A stretch of DNA of 64,000 bases, from assembly GCA_037142195.1 (NCBI GenBank), contig JBAXBA010000008.1, positions 1 to 64,000 on the forward strand, read 5' to 3'. The notes under the pieces were generated by a model, which worked only from the letters and a program-made list of their open reading frames with translations, did no database searches and had not been told where the DNA came from. Source of the DNA: Pseudomonadota bacterium. GTDB lineage: Bacteria; Bdellovibrionota_B; Oligoflexia; Oligoflexales; CAIMVM01. A program made the position numbers and the translations under genes. Of this stretch, positions 48,243-58,303 are shown piece by piece. The first letter of the stretch is position 1, and every line of letters begins with the position of its first letter.

Positions 48243-48389
48243 CTGCAAATTTAGTGACCATTTGTTGGTTTTAGCGTCTATATTGCTAAACTCGCTGGTT
48301 GGAGGGAATAAATTATAGCTTTGATTGACAACCCCTTGATAAAAATTGAAAATGACCAAGCAAGTACAACTATTTCATCTGGTTAAGAT

Positions 48390-49022
48390 ATGAAAATTGC
48401 GCGGTTTTTAACAGTAGAAGGTGGTGAGGGCGTTGGGAAATCCTCGTTCATAGAGCTCCTTTCTCATCGACTTCGAGACAAAGGGATGACATTTGCTTTG
48501 ACCCGTGAGCCTGGTGGTACTCGGATTGCTGATGAGATACGAAGTGTTTTTTCGAAGGGTGATGATATAGAGGAATTTACACCTGAAGGCGAATTTTTGC
48601 TGGTTTCTGCTGCGCGCGCTCAGCATGTTTTTCATAAGATTCGTCCTGAATTGGAAAGAGGTCGCTGGATTATTTGTGATCGATTTGCGGATTCAAGTCG
48701 CGTGTATCAAGGGATTTTAAAAGGCGTTGAGACGGACTTTATGGAAAGGGTTATCCAAAAATCAACTTATGGTCTCATACCGGATCTGACTTTTTTGCTG
48801 GATTGTGACGTCTCCGTCAGTCAGTCGAGAGTTGCGGGGCGCGGTCTCGTAGAAAGCCGCTATGACTTAGCCTCCTTGGAGGTCCATGAGCAGCTGAGAC
48901 AAGGTTACTTGCAGGTTAGTAGAATGTTTCCCCATCGCATTCAAGTTCTTGATGCCTCGCGGCCTCGAGAAGAGATTGTAAATCAAGCCATCTCTCTCAT
49001 GGAAGAGCGCTTTCATGACTAG
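48390..49022 (+). CDS. tmk: Thymidylate kinase
   Basis: EGGEGVGKSS, TREPGGT, CDRF..YQG, PDLTFLLD. Confidence 0.95.
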   Translation: MKIARFLTVEGGEGVGKSSFIELLSHRLRDKGMTFALTREPGGTRIADEIRSVFSKGDDIEEFTPEGEFLLVSAARAQHVFHKIRPELERGRWIICDRFADSSRVYQGILKGVETDFMERVIQKSTYGLIPDLTFLLDCDVSVSQSRVAGRGLVESRYDLASLEVHEQLRQGYLQVSRMFPHRIQVLDASRPREEIVNQAISLMEERFHD

Positions 49023-49938
49023 CCGCTACATTTGGCCTAAGGGACAAGAGCAAATATTTGAACGACTAAAACCACTGGTTTTAGAGTCTCGGCTCTCCCA
49101 AGTTCTCATCGTGTATGGAAAACACGGTATTGGGAAAGCGACGTTTCTAAAGCGCTTGGCAGCTTTAATGTATTGTGACGAAAAATCTGCATGTGGAGCA
49201 TGTCCTAGCTGTAATATGGTCATTTCTGGGCTCCATCCTGATGTTTTCCTCGTGGATAGTGCCGAGAAACAGCTTAAGGTTGATCATGCTAAGGATGTCT
49301 CTGAGCATCTTAGCTATACGGCAAAGCAAGCTCGCGTCGTCATCATTGAAGATATTGACCGTATGAATGAACAAGGAGTGAACCGCCTACTGAAAGTTCT
49401 AGAAGAACCGCCAGAAGATTCCTATGTAATCATGTCTACCTCCCGCCTGGATGCTTTGCTTCCGACTTTAAAATCAAGGGCTTTGAAGTTTTTGATAGCG
49501 GCTCCTTCTAAAAGTGACATTCGTAATTGGATTCAAGAAAGTAAGATAGATTTAAAAGAGCTCGACTTTGAGGACTTGTGCCTAAGAGCTGGAAATTCGC
49601 CCGGCGTAATCTTGGAGCTGTTAGAGCGAGAAAATGACAAACGGTTTACAGCATTGTTACAGGAAAAGAATCCCCAGCTGCTTGTAGGCCAAATAGAGCG
49701 TTTCATCAAAGAATGCGGTTATAATGCAAAGGATGTAGTTACGGAAATGGAATATGCTTTAAATCTTTACTATAGAGAATGTTTAGGGCGAGAACAGTTA
49801 GGGCGTTCCTTTTCTCTTCAGGGAATCATGGATAGGAGAGCTTCTCTTAAAAAGCTTAGATATTTTGCCGTACAAAAGAAAATTAGTTTGAATGCGCTAT
49901 CTGCGCTTGAAAGTGTTTTGTTAACGGAATCAGTCTAA
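49015..49938 (+). CDS. holB: DNA polymerase III delta' subunit
   Basis: GKHGIGK, ACGACPSC..HPD, NRLLKVLEEPP, LLPTLKSR; follows tmk. Confidence 0.9.
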   Translation: MTSRYIWPKGQEQIFERLKPLVLESRLSQVLIVYGKHGIGKATFLKRLAALMYCDEKSACGACPSCNMVISGLHPDVFLVDSAEKQLKVDHAKDVSEHLSYTAKQARVVIIEDIDRMNEQGVNRLLKVLEEPPEDSYVIMSTSRLDALLPTLKSRALKFLIAAPSKSDIRNWIQESKIDLKELDFEDLCLRAGNSPGVILELLERENDKRFTALLQEKNPQLLVGQIERFIKECGYNAKDVVTEMEYALNLYYRECLGREQLGRSFSLQGIMDRRASLKKLRYFAVQKKISLNALSALESVLLTESV

Positions 49939-49950
49939 AGGAAATTATAA

Positions 49951-51165
49951 ATGACAGTGGGATATAATATTGCAGGTGTGCAATTTAGAAGAGCAGGAAA
50001 GATTTACGACTTCACTTGCGGTGATGTGGCGATTCAAGTCGGGGACCAAGTGGTTGTAGATACCGAAAGAGGTCCGAGCATGGCAAGAGTAGCGATTATT
50101 CGCTATGAAATTGGCAATCATGAGCTTAAGCCTATTTTGCGAAAGCCTTCCAAGTTCGAGATTGAGAAACCAGCAAAGGTATCTTTAGAGGAAGTCATTA
50201 CCTATACGAGATCGCAGATCAATCAATATGAACTGGACATGAAAATCCTCACCGCGGATATTCAGTTTGGTGGAAATAAGATTACCATTTATTTTTCTTC
50301 TCCTGGGCGGGTCGATTTTAGAGACCTTGTAAAAGCCCTAGCAACAGGCTTAAAAGCTCGAGTTGAGTTAAAGCAGGTGGGGAGCCGGGATGAAACCAAA
50401 CTGATTGGTGGAATTGGAATTTGCGGTCGAGAGTATTGTTGTTCGAGCTTTTTAAGAGAGTTTGTACCTGTTTCCATTCGTATGGCTAAAAATCAAAATT
50501 TGGCTCTCAATCCTAATAAGGTGTCCGGCGGATGCGGACGGCTTTTATGTTGCCTTACTTACGAAGATCAAGTGTATACTGATCTCAGAAAGATTTTACC
50601 GCCACGGGGAACTCGGGTCAGACTTCTAGGTCTCGGTGGTTTGGGTGATGTTCTTAAAGGTGATATTTTAAATCAGCTAGTCTTGGTTGAAACCGATGAT
50701 GGCCAACAAGTTTCCGTTGCTGTAAGCGAAATTGAAGTTGTGAGTAAAGCGGAAGGTAAGCAGGAAGCCCAAGATGATTGGGGTGGAAACCTAGACTTAG
50801 ATGCTTTGTCTTCGTTTATGGATGAATCTCCTAAGAAAGTCCAAAGCTCAATTTCTCGAGGTGAACCTCATAGGGATTCTAAAGGTCGTGAGGGAGGTCG
50901 CAGTCGAGAGGGCGGGGACGATAAATCAGGGAGAAAGCCAGAAAATCGCAAGGGAACTCCCCATCAAAATAATCAGTCCAAACCGGAAGACAAAAAATCC
51001 GCGGCTTCTGAGAATGGTGAGCGCGCGCGCGAAGGTGGAGCCCTCAAATTTGATAGTAATGGAAAAAGCATAAGGCCAGGTGGAGATCAGAAGTCAGGTC
51101 AAAGAGACCATAGAAGTCATTCCAAGCCTTCTAGAAAGCCAGGGGGCGGTGGCGATAAGTCCTAA
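49951..51165 (+). CDS. ricT: PSP1-domain protein (RicT/YaaT family)
   Basis: RVDFRDLVK, QVGSRDE, GICGREYCC, KVSGGCGRLLCCL; low-complexity C-terminal tail. Confidence 0.88.
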   Translation: MTVGYNIAGVQFRRAGKIYDFTCGDVAIQVGDQVVVDTERGPSMARVAIIRYEIGNHELKPILRKPSKFEIEKPAKVSLEEVITYTRSQINQYELDMKILTADIQFGGNKITIYFSSPGRVDFRDLVKALATGLKARVELKQVGSRDETKLIGGIGICGREYCCSSFLREFVPVSIRMAKNQNLALNPNKVSGGCGRLLCCLTYEDQVYTDLRKILPPRGTRVRLLGLGGLGDVLKGDILNQLVLVETDDGQQVSVAVSEIEVVSKAEGKQEAQDDWGGNLDLDALSSFMDESPKKVQSSISRGEPHRDSKGREGGRSREGGDDKSGRKPENRKGTPHQNNQSKPEDKKSAASENGERAREGGALKFDSNGKSIRPGGDQKSGQRDHRSHSKPSRKPGGGGDKS

Positions 51166-51233
51166 CACAGAAAAATTCCATAAAACGTAGGTTTGGGCCC
51201 CTCTGTGGGTGATCGAATCTAAAAAGGAGAGTC

Positions 51234-51779
51234 ATGATTTTATCTAAAATTTTTGTCCTATTGAGTGTGATCTTTTTTACCAGCTGCATAGCAGCGCGCG
51301 AGGAATCCAGCCTAGAAGCAGTAGCTCCACCAAATGTAAAAGCCCTCATGTCCTGCGATACAGAGGGAGGTTGGGAGCTTACGTTGGCTACGAGTGGCAA
51401 AGATATGTTTCTCGTTTACAAGAAGAATATGTCTTTTGGCTTTGAAATGGTTGAAGGCAAAAAAAAGGAAGTTTTGAGTCCTGTCTCGAAATATATCCAT
51501 GTGGGATTTCTAGAATCTTCAAGGATTGCCGGAAAATCCATTTCTCTGAAAGTGAAATTAGCTTCCGCAAAGGAAAGCGACAAAGAACTAAATTCAGATG
51601 AGCCTAGCGAAGTGGAATTTGCAAGGCTAGAAGCTTTTATAAGTACCCAAGCATCCCTTGAAGTAGACTACAAAGAACCAAGTTCTACGGGCAAATTGGG
51701 CTTTCAAGGTGACTCCTCACAAATTTTTGAATCTCCCTTTTTGGTTTGTAATGGGGCAGCAAAGTTCGAAAAGAACTAA
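51234..51779 (+). CDS. Hypothetical lipoprotein
   Basis: AAGGAG RBS; lipobox FTSC. Confidence 0.65.
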   Translation: MILSKIFVLLSVIFFTSCIAAREESSLEAVAPPNVKALMSCDTEGGWELTLATSGKDMFLVYKKNMSFGFEMVEGKKKEVLSPVSKYIHVGFLESSRIAGKSISLKVKLASAKESDKELNSDEPSEVEFARLEAFISTQASLEVDYKEPSSTGKLGFQGDSSQIFESPFLVCNGAAKFEKN

Positions 51780-51835
51780 ATAGGACTAGAGATTCAAGAT
51801 AGTATTCACCAGGCTCAAGAACCAAGCACGTAGCT

Positions 51836-52549
51836 TTAATCCGTTACATGTTTTAATGCTTCCGCAAACAAAGTTTCAACGGTGGGCTCTGGGGCCGAGT
51901 AAACCCTTTTAAAGCCAAGGGCTCTTGCAGCCGTTGTCTCACCAATACAAATGGCGATGATCTGGGAACGCTTGGAAACGGCCTTGGAAAAGCCATCGAC
52001 TGCTGAAGGAGAGGCAAAGCAGACGACGGAACCTACAGAAATCTCTAAAATGACATCTTCTCCTACCGAGGCTCCAAGGGAAGTGGTAGCTGCAGCTAGA
52101 GTGTTGTAGATATCTACTTTCGTAGCTGAGCGTCCCGCACTCTGCAGTCCTTGAGCAAGATCATAGGCACGGTCACGCGCACCAGGGAGCACAAAGAGAT
52201 CATCGACTTGAGATCGATCTAAAAGCCAATCCTCAAAATCGCGACCATTTTTAGAATGCGCCACTTCGACGTTAAATTGGGCCGACAGCAAAGGATCTGC
52301 GCTGGCCTTGCCGAGTGCATAAATAGATTTTGCTTTTTGAAGGGCGAGGAGACCTTCTTTTGACTTCAAAAAGTATTCCGAGCCTTTGGAGCTAGTGAAA
52401 GCCAGAAAAAATGGTTTTTCGGGCATGCCTAGCTCAAATGGAATGGGATTTGTCCGAAGGCAGGGCATATGGAGATACTTCTTCTTATATCCTTGAAATA
52501 AGCGCTGGTCTTCAGCCCAATCCTCCCTAGATCTCGTCCATATTAACAT
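51836..52549 (-). CDS. hemD: Uroporphyrinogen-III synthase
   Basis: LIWTR, AFTSSKG, ALGKASA, IYNT, FASPSAVDGF, CIGETTA. Confidence 0.85.
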   Translation of the reverse strand: MLIWTRSREDWAEDQRLFQGYKKKYLHMPCLRTNPIPFELGMPEKPFFLAFTSSKGSEYFLKSKEGLLALQKAKSIYALGKASADPLLSAQFNVEVAHSKNGRDFEDWLLDRSQVDDLFVLPGARDRAYDLAQGLQSAGRSATKVDIYNTLAAATTSLGASVGEDVILEISVGSVVCFASPSAVDGFSKAVSKRSQIIAICIGETTAARALGFKRVYSAPEPTVETLFAEALKHVTD

Positions 52550-52675
52550 GATTTTATCCCGCAGGTGATCGCCCAGTAAGAGAATGCCTGTTTAAGATTA
52601 TCAAGAATCCTTGGGTTTACCTAGCCCGATTCTAGAATTCCAGACTTAGAACTCCGACGCATCACCGAGCTCAAT

Positions 52676-53131
52676 CTATTTTTTAGCTAAGCATTTAGAG
52701 AGTAGGCGATCGAAGGATTCGGCGAATTTTCTTTTGTCGTTGGGGCTATAACTGCTAGGGCCACCGGTGATGAGTCCAGAACTTCTGAGTCCTTCCATGA
52801 GATCCCTGGTGGCAAGACGGTCACCTATATTGCCCTCATCAAAAACCTGTCCCCTTCGACTTAATGTAGGCACTCCCCCAAGGACAAGGCGGTGCGCTAG
52901 GGGGATGTCATCAGTAACCACAAGATCTGAGGGTGAAGCATGGTCGACAATATAATCATCGGCAGCATTGAAACCCTGGTTCACTACTTTAAGCTCGAGA
53001 AAAGGATGGGGTGGTAATTTGAACCAGCGATCGGCAACTAATATGACCCTCGTCTCGGTGCGAAGAGAGGCCTTGAAAACACAATCTTTAACATCATTAG
53101 GACAACCGTCGGCATCGAGCCAAATGAACAT
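52676..53131 (-). CDS. yaiI: YaiI/YqxD (DUF188) family protein
   Basis: IWLDADGCP, AADDYIV, DLVVTDDIPLA, GGP..F. Confidence 0.9.
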   Translation of the reverse strand: MFIWLDADGCPNDVKDCVFKASLRTETRVILVADRWFKLPPHPFLELKVVNQGFNAADDYIVDHASPSDLVVTDDIPLAHRLVLGGVPTLSRRGQVFDEGNIGDRLATRDLMEGLRSSGLITGGPSSYSPNDKRKFAESFDRLLSKCLAKK

Positions 53132-53188
53132 ATAACCCTCTTTTTCCTTATAAGCCCGGATCCATTTGGCCATTCTTCAGTCCATGGA

Positions 53189-54280
53189 TTAAAGACTTGG
53201 GGCTGGTCGCTCGAATGCGGCTCCTCGTGTTGGAGAGGCTTCTAAACTGTCCATGTTTTTGGCTGCAAGCTGACCACAAGCTCCAGAGACTTCTAAGCCT
53301 TTAGAGTACCTAACTGGGGCAGGGTAGGATCGATCTGATATATATTTTTGAAAGGTTCTAATAGTTTCTTCAAAGGGCTTATCGTATTCAAGTCCAGGGT
53401 GGTGATTGAAGGGAATGAGATTTACTTTTGCTCTAAAGCCGTGCAAAAACTTGATCAGTTCTTTTGCTTCTTTTAAAGAAGTGTTTTTATCTTTAATCAA
53501 AATATATTCAAAAGTCATTCTTCTACCAGTCTTAGCTTGATAGTGGAGAAGGGCTTCTTTGAGCTCTGTAAGCGGGTATTTGCGGTTGATCGGCATAAGT
53601 TCCGTGCGGAGATCTTCTCGTGCAGCATGGAGAGACACAGCCAGAGATGCTTTGGTGTCATCAGCCAGGGTTAAGAGTTTTGGGACAATCCCTGAAGTGG
53701 AAATCGTGACGTTTTTAGGATTGAGTCCATAGCCATCAATCATGAGATTCACCGATTTAATCACATTATCGTAGTTATCAAGAGGCTCACCCATGCCCAT
53801 AAAGACCACGTGGGTTATAAAACGGCCTTCGGGTTTCACAATCGATTGGGCTAAGGCGAACTGGGACATAATTTCCGCAGCGGAAAGATTTCTAAAAAAG
53901 CCAAGTTTCCCTGTTTGGCAAAATGAGCAAGCCATCTTGCAGCCCACCTGACTGGAAACACACAGGGAAATGCGGTTCTCGTAGCGGAGAATGACGGCTT
54001 CTATCAAATGACCTTTTTCGCTTTTTAAGAGAAGCTTGGTAGCTCCATCGTTGGCTTCCAGCCTTGAGGTGATTTCAGGAAACTTCCAATCAAAGTCGGA
54101 ATTTAAGTCTTGTTTTACCTCTTTGGGGATATTGGACATTTCCTCGGTCGAATAGACTTTATTAGTAAAGATCCATTGGTTCAGTTGGGCTGCTCTGAAT
54201 TTAGCTAAACCTTTGGCCGTACTCCAAGCGGATAGCTCTTCGGGCGTAGTTTCAAATATGGATTTTTTTAAAGACAGCAC
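53189..54280 (-). CDS. rlmN: Dual-specificity RNA methyltransferase RlmN
   Basis: CVSSQVGCKMACSFCQTG, VFMGMGEP, LAVSLHA, VNLIPFN, ACGQL; GGAGG RBS before the GTG at 54280. Confidence 0.95.
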   Translation of the reverse strand: MLSLKKSIFETTPEELSAWSTAKGLAKFRAAQLNQWIFTNKVYSTEEMSNIPKEVKQDLNSDFDWKFPEITSRLEANDGATKLLLKSEKGHLIEAVILRYENRISLCVSSQVGCKMACSFCQTGKLGFFRNLSAAEIMSQFALAQSIVKPEGRFITHVVFMGMGEPLDNYDNVIKSVNLMIDGYGLNPKNVTISTSGIVPKLLTLADDTKASLAVSLHAAREDLRTELMPINRKYPLTELKEALLHYQAKTGRRMTFEYILIKDKNTSLKEAKELIKFLHGFRAKVNLIPFNHHPGLEYDKPFEETIRTFQKYISDRSYPAPVRYSKGLEVSGACGQLAAKNMDSLEASPTRGAAFERPAPSL

Positions 54281-54488
54281 CAAACCTCCCCCAGTAATGA
54301 ACCTGGATGCTGGGGTTTTAGTCGCTCTTGAGTCCCCTGTCAATCAATTGTAAATCCCTGAAATCACGGATGCTTTGGCCGCAATATCCGGGAGTCTGAG
54401 AGCTTTAGGCTTTTAAGTTCTCTTTGAAGCACTACTTTTGACATCTGGTAGATCTGTGAAAATCTTTCGGAAATGGCAGCTGCTTAGA

Positions 54489-54605
54489 TCACTGAAGATT
54501 TCCCTGGCCCGCCGTGCACATAGACGAAGGCAAAAAAGCGACCATAATATGTATCGTAATCGAGAGGAAAATCCATAAACGAAATCTGTTCCAAAGATAA
54601 TTCAT
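54489..54605 (-). CDS. Possible 38-aa membrane peptide or gene remnant
   Basis: MNYLWNRFRLWIFLSITIHIMVAFLPSSMCTAGQGNLQ; one hydrophobic helix with S-x3-H; no strong RBS. Confidence 0.25.
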   Translation of the reverse strand: MNYLWNRFRLWIFLSITIHIMVAFLPSSMCTAGQGNLQ

Positions 54606-54828
54606 TTTCAATTCATTTCGATCATGAGTTTTCTCTCTTAGTTTCTGATGGGCACAGTCAGTTTAAAGGCAGAAATTAGATTTAACGCCTCTATTTTATA
54701 GCTGGAGACCAGGTGAAAAGGTTTAAGCTAAAAAAATGGTCCCATTTTCAAATGATAAAGTCATACTATTTTTTAGAGACCCAAATATTGATGCGCAAAC
54801 TTCAAAGAAGGCGAAAAGTAGCATGACA

Positions 54829-55170
54829 CTACGCCGCGAGTATTTCAATCTTTACTTGTGGATATAGCTTTTGGGTATAGAGCATCAACCGATCGATGGT
54901 AAAGTTACTAATTTTTCCTCGTAATATTTCACTAATTCTTGCCTCATCAATTTCTATTTTTTTAGCAAGATCTCTTTGGGTTAACTCAGAATCACGGAGA
55001 TACTTCGCAATGAGTTGGCATAGCTTATATTTGGCGCGCTCAACCTCAGAAGCGTCATCTGGGAGGGCTATGTTTCCGCCGGCATAGCCGAGGTACGATA
55101 GCTCATCTCGTATGTTTTTTAAGGTCCGGGCACTTGGGAATTTCTTGACGGTTTTTTTGTTCTTAGCCAT
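54829..55170 (-). CDS. XRE-family HTH protein, probable antitoxin (HigA-like)
   Basis: LTQRDLAKKIEIDEARISEILRGKISNFTIDRL; AGGAG RBS within the end of the upstream ORF. Confidence 0.85.
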   Translation of the reverse strand: MAKNKKTVKKFPSARTLKNIRDELSYLGYAGGNIALPDDASEVERAKYKLCQLIAKYLRDSELTQRDLAKKIEIDEARISEILRGKISNFTIDRLMLYTQKLYPQVKIEILAA

Positions 55171-55172
55171 CT

Positions 55173-55460
55173 TTATCTCCTAAAAGCATTTATCACACCG
55201 ATATAGTTGGATTCATCTTGCATACACCAAACCAGACGATAATGCCTTCCATTTAGGGGTATGCGGTCCATCATCTAAAAATGAAATCCTTCTTTGACCG
55301 TTTCGTGCGTGAGTTCCTTGCCGTGGAGAGTGTGAACTAAACCGCAAATAACCTCATCCGTTAAATCCCGGTGCTTTTTTTCGTAGTGTGAATCAATAAT
55401 GACTTCGTTTCTATTCCGCCCGTTCACCACAATATTGACACCATAGGACCTGCGAGCCAT
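55173..55460 (-). pseudogene. Putative TA toxin gene (95 codons) interrupted by one in-frame TAG
   Basis: Frame continues past the TAG at 55275-55277 as MMDRIPLNGRHYRLVWCMQDESNYIGVINAFRR to TAA at 55173, 2 nt before the HTH gene start. Confidence 0.7.
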
Positions 55461-55483
55461 TTATTGCCTCGATGATAGGTGGT

Positions 55484-55513
55484 ACCATACTTGCTAAATT
55501 TAGCAAGTATGGT
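55484..55513. promoter_or_regulatory. Perfect 30-bp palindrome, probable TA operator
   Basis: ACCATACTTGCTAAA-TTTAGCAAGTATGGT, 23 nt upstream of the putative toxin ATG; a second palindrome CTAGTTTTAAAACTAG lies at 55515-55530. Confidence 0.75.
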
Positions 55514-55967
55514 CCTAGTTTTAAAACTAGAATAAATACGGTATGTTGGAAGTGCTGACACAAGTGATTAAGACCCAAAGTACTGCGGCTTAAATCCTGC
55601 CTTTATGATTAAAAAATAAGGATCTACTCGCGCTAACTCTTGACCTCATGAAAAGGAACCGGCACCATGAGAGCCTCATGAGTAGTATTTTTGTAAAGTA
55701 ATAAAATAAGTGTTAAAGAAGACTAGCATTAGCCAAGTAGTCTTGGGAGACAGTTTTCTCGAAGTTTTTTCGGCCCGCAATCATACAGGACAGATACAAT
55801 TCAAAAGACTTGACCCTGATGTCTACGTTCTAGACTACCAAGCAGTCCCGTGGTCAGCCTCTTAGGGTCGGCATTGATCAGCAACCAAACTGCTGAATTC
55901 GGAGATCAGGGAAAACAAAAGGGTGATGTTTTGGGCCTTCTTTTTGGCAGGATGGCGAAGACGATTC

Positions 55968-56852
55968 CTAATCTATTTTGAGTGATAATCGTTTACAAAG
56001 CTCTTTTGCGCCCCGGGGATTTTTGAACAAGAGTAAAGCTTCCAAAAGAGGAAAGGGAAACCCTGGTTCGCGGTAGAGATTCTTTGGTATTTTTTTACTT
56101 ATCCGAGCATGCAGATCAGGAAGTTTGGACCAGTGTGTGCCGCAAGAGATGTGATGTGCCGTGTGGTAGCCCAGGTTTCCTGTGAGTTTGTTATAAAACG
56201 GATCCAGGACGTTCCAGGAGGCTTCTTCAGCAACTTGTGTGTTGAGTCCGGCATGGTGCTTGTAGGTAAACCAAACGGTACCAAAAAGTGCACATACGGG
56301 AGGAATCAAGAAAAGTAGAACTGCATTTCTAGGATTCAGAGACCATAGGCCATAAAAAAGTAGTCCAGTAAGCAAGCAACCCTTTAAAAAGCGCTTGCCG
56401 TGTTTGGCGTCAAATCTTGCTATGTTGCGCAGAATAAATACATAGGCCAAAAGACCTACCCGAAGGGTATATTCCAACTCGCCTAGTTTTCTACCTTTAG
56501 TTGTGATCCAAGCAGATTCGTCTTCAGCTCCCTTCATATAATTCGGGTGATGGCCAAGATTATGGTGAAGAACCCATCCACTGGGAAGGACTCCCGTTTG
56601 GAAGCCATATATAACTTCTAAGGCCATATTGAGACCAGAATGCTTAAATGTGGGTACATGCTGATGGTGATGGTTCCAGGCTGTGATCATTGCCTTTGGG
56701 AAAAAAACCAAAACAGCATAGAAAAGGGTGAGGCTTAATGGCAGGTCGAGGGCAAAGACAATCAAATCCAATAGAAAAAATGCCAAAAAAATAGCCACCG
56801 GCTTTCTATCAGCCGCATAGTGAAATGAACTGCATAACGCCTCTGATCCCAC
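55968..56852 (-). CDS. Membrane fatty acid desaturase family protein
   Basis: His boxes HHHQH, HHNLGHH and HTAHH; TM helices; HWSKLP. Confidence 0.88.
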   Translation of the reverse strand: MGSEALCSSFHYAADRKPVAIFLAFFLLDLIVFALDLPLSLTLFYAVLVFFPKAMITAWNHHHQHVPTFKHSGLNMALEVIYGFQTGVLPSGWVLHHNLGHHPNYMKGAEDESAWITTKGRKLGELEYTLRVGLLAYVFILRNIARFDAKHGKRFLKGCLLTGLLFYGLWSLNPRNAVLLFLIPPVCALFGTVWFTYKHHAGLNTQVAEEASWNVLDPFYNKLTGNLGYHTAHHISCGTHWSKLPDLHARISKKIPKNLYREPGFPFPLLEALLLFKNPRGAKELCKRLSLKID

Positions 56853-57091
56853 GGCGAACCTTTCTGTTCTTCAAAATTTATGAAGTCCATGATAGCATAA
56901 AAAATTCCGCTAAAGACCTAAAATTTTTTTAGTAAGCCTCAAAAATCCAGTCAAACGGGAAAACTATTTTTGACTGGAAATGCTTTGAATTTCAGGCAAT
57001 TCCATAAATCTTTTTACAAAGCGACGAAGGACCGATCGGATTCTCTGGAATACACCGGGGGGCAAAGATATACAGACAATCCGAGATAATT

Positions 57092-58246
57092 TTAAGGATC
57101 TTTGCATTCTGAAAAACAGGCGAAACCACCGCGGCCCGCAAAACAGCTATAGTTGTCTGCTGCCCACTGCCAGGTTAGACACGAAAGCATTTTTTTTGTG
57201 CATGTTGTTGTTTGTGTGGGATTTGCTGAGACACAGGCATCAACCGCAGCCAGTACATCGTTTGCGTCCAATTCTTCATTGACAGACTTACCTAGTGCCT
57301 TTGCCCGTGCCTTTAGATATCTGAGGCACCCATCCCAGGAGCCCATCATCGCGAGGTGTTCTGTGCAATTAAATAACGGAGGCCCCCCTGAGGGATCCAC
57401 TGCTCTTTTTCGCTGATTTGAGGCTGATGTATCTGTTCTCTCAAAAACGCAATAAATACCCTGAGCTGAATCTACCTGATAAAGTTTGTATCCAGCTCCA
57501 CATTCAGGATGCTTGAGCCCAAGAACTAGGGCCTTCCAAACCGAACGGATGCCTTCCTGATCATCCTTTGCGAGAGCCGGCTGATTGTCAGTGGACATAG
57601 CCGTCAGCTGCGGTTGGAATTCTCTTTCGCTGTCGGCCACACCCTTCTCCCGGTAGGTATCTAACAAACCAAAATGGTGCCCAAGTTCATGTAAAACAAG
57701 TGCGCCAATTTGCGCTTGGTTCTCCTCAGTGCTCAGGTTGAGCCATATTTCTCCAGGTTCAGGTAAAGCATAACTTCTGCAGCCGCCTTTCATCATTCGA
57801 TGAGGACCCAAAATAGATTCACAAGTCTTTTGAAAGTCGCGATTGTTAAGGAAGAAGTAGACCTTGAGGTTCTCCGAACCGGAGCATTTTGATTTGAGTT
57901 CCTGCATTAAAAAGTATGGCGACGGCCTTGGAACCGTCCTGCCGTTATCGGTCATTCCTACCTGAAGTGGCTCCATCCATTGGCGGAATCCAGTTTCGAA
58001 ATGCCCTTTAAGTTGCAGGTAATTTCTTTGGTTTACCTGTTCGTTTGCAGAGTCTCTAGCGACGTAACATATAGAAATCGGTACAGCAGAAGAACCGTTC
58101 CTGTTTAACAAATTTAGTAGTGAGGGCCTCCGCGATTCAACTGCAAAATTTGTTTTGGAATATGAACCTTGTTTGCAGCCAACAAGAATCAGCCAGAAAA
58201 AAAGAAGTAGTCTTACAATTTGAAAGTTGTGAATTATCTTTGGCAT
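57092..58246 (-). CDS. Metzincin-like zinc metalloprotease lipoprotein with Cys-rich C-terminus
   Basis: Lipobox LVGC; HELGHHFGLLD; TAMS Met-turn; DDQEGIR; GAGGAG RBS. Confidence 0.8.
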   Translation of the reverse strand: MPKIIHNFQIVRLLLFFWLILVGCKQGSYSKTNFAVESRRPSLLNLLNRNGSSAVPISICYVARDSANEQVNQRNYLQLKGHFETGFRQWMEPLQVGMTDNGRTVPRPSPYFLMQELKSKCSGSENLKVYFFLNNRDFQKTCESILGPHRMMKGGCRSYALPEPGEIWLNLSTEENQAQIGALVLHELGHHFGLLDTYREKGVADSEREFQPQLTAMSTDNQPALAKDDQEGIRSVWKALVLGLKHPECGAGYKLYQVDSAQGIYCVFERTDTSASNQRKRAVDPSGGPPLFNCTEHLAMMGSWDGCLRYLKARAKALGKSVNEELDANDVLAAVDACVSANPTQTTTCTKKMLSCLTWQWAADNYSCFAGRGGFACFSECKDP

Positions 58247-58303
58247 GCGATCTCCTCGGAGGGGCACTTTGGATCTGCTTTTTAGTCAACCACAGATGCT
58301 ATA

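Noticed and set aside
55275..55277. Genome-wide TAG recoding or pyrrolysine
   Set aside because: Many intact genes here end in TAG at the expected positions (cheY, cheX, ppa, hemC); no pyl genes seen
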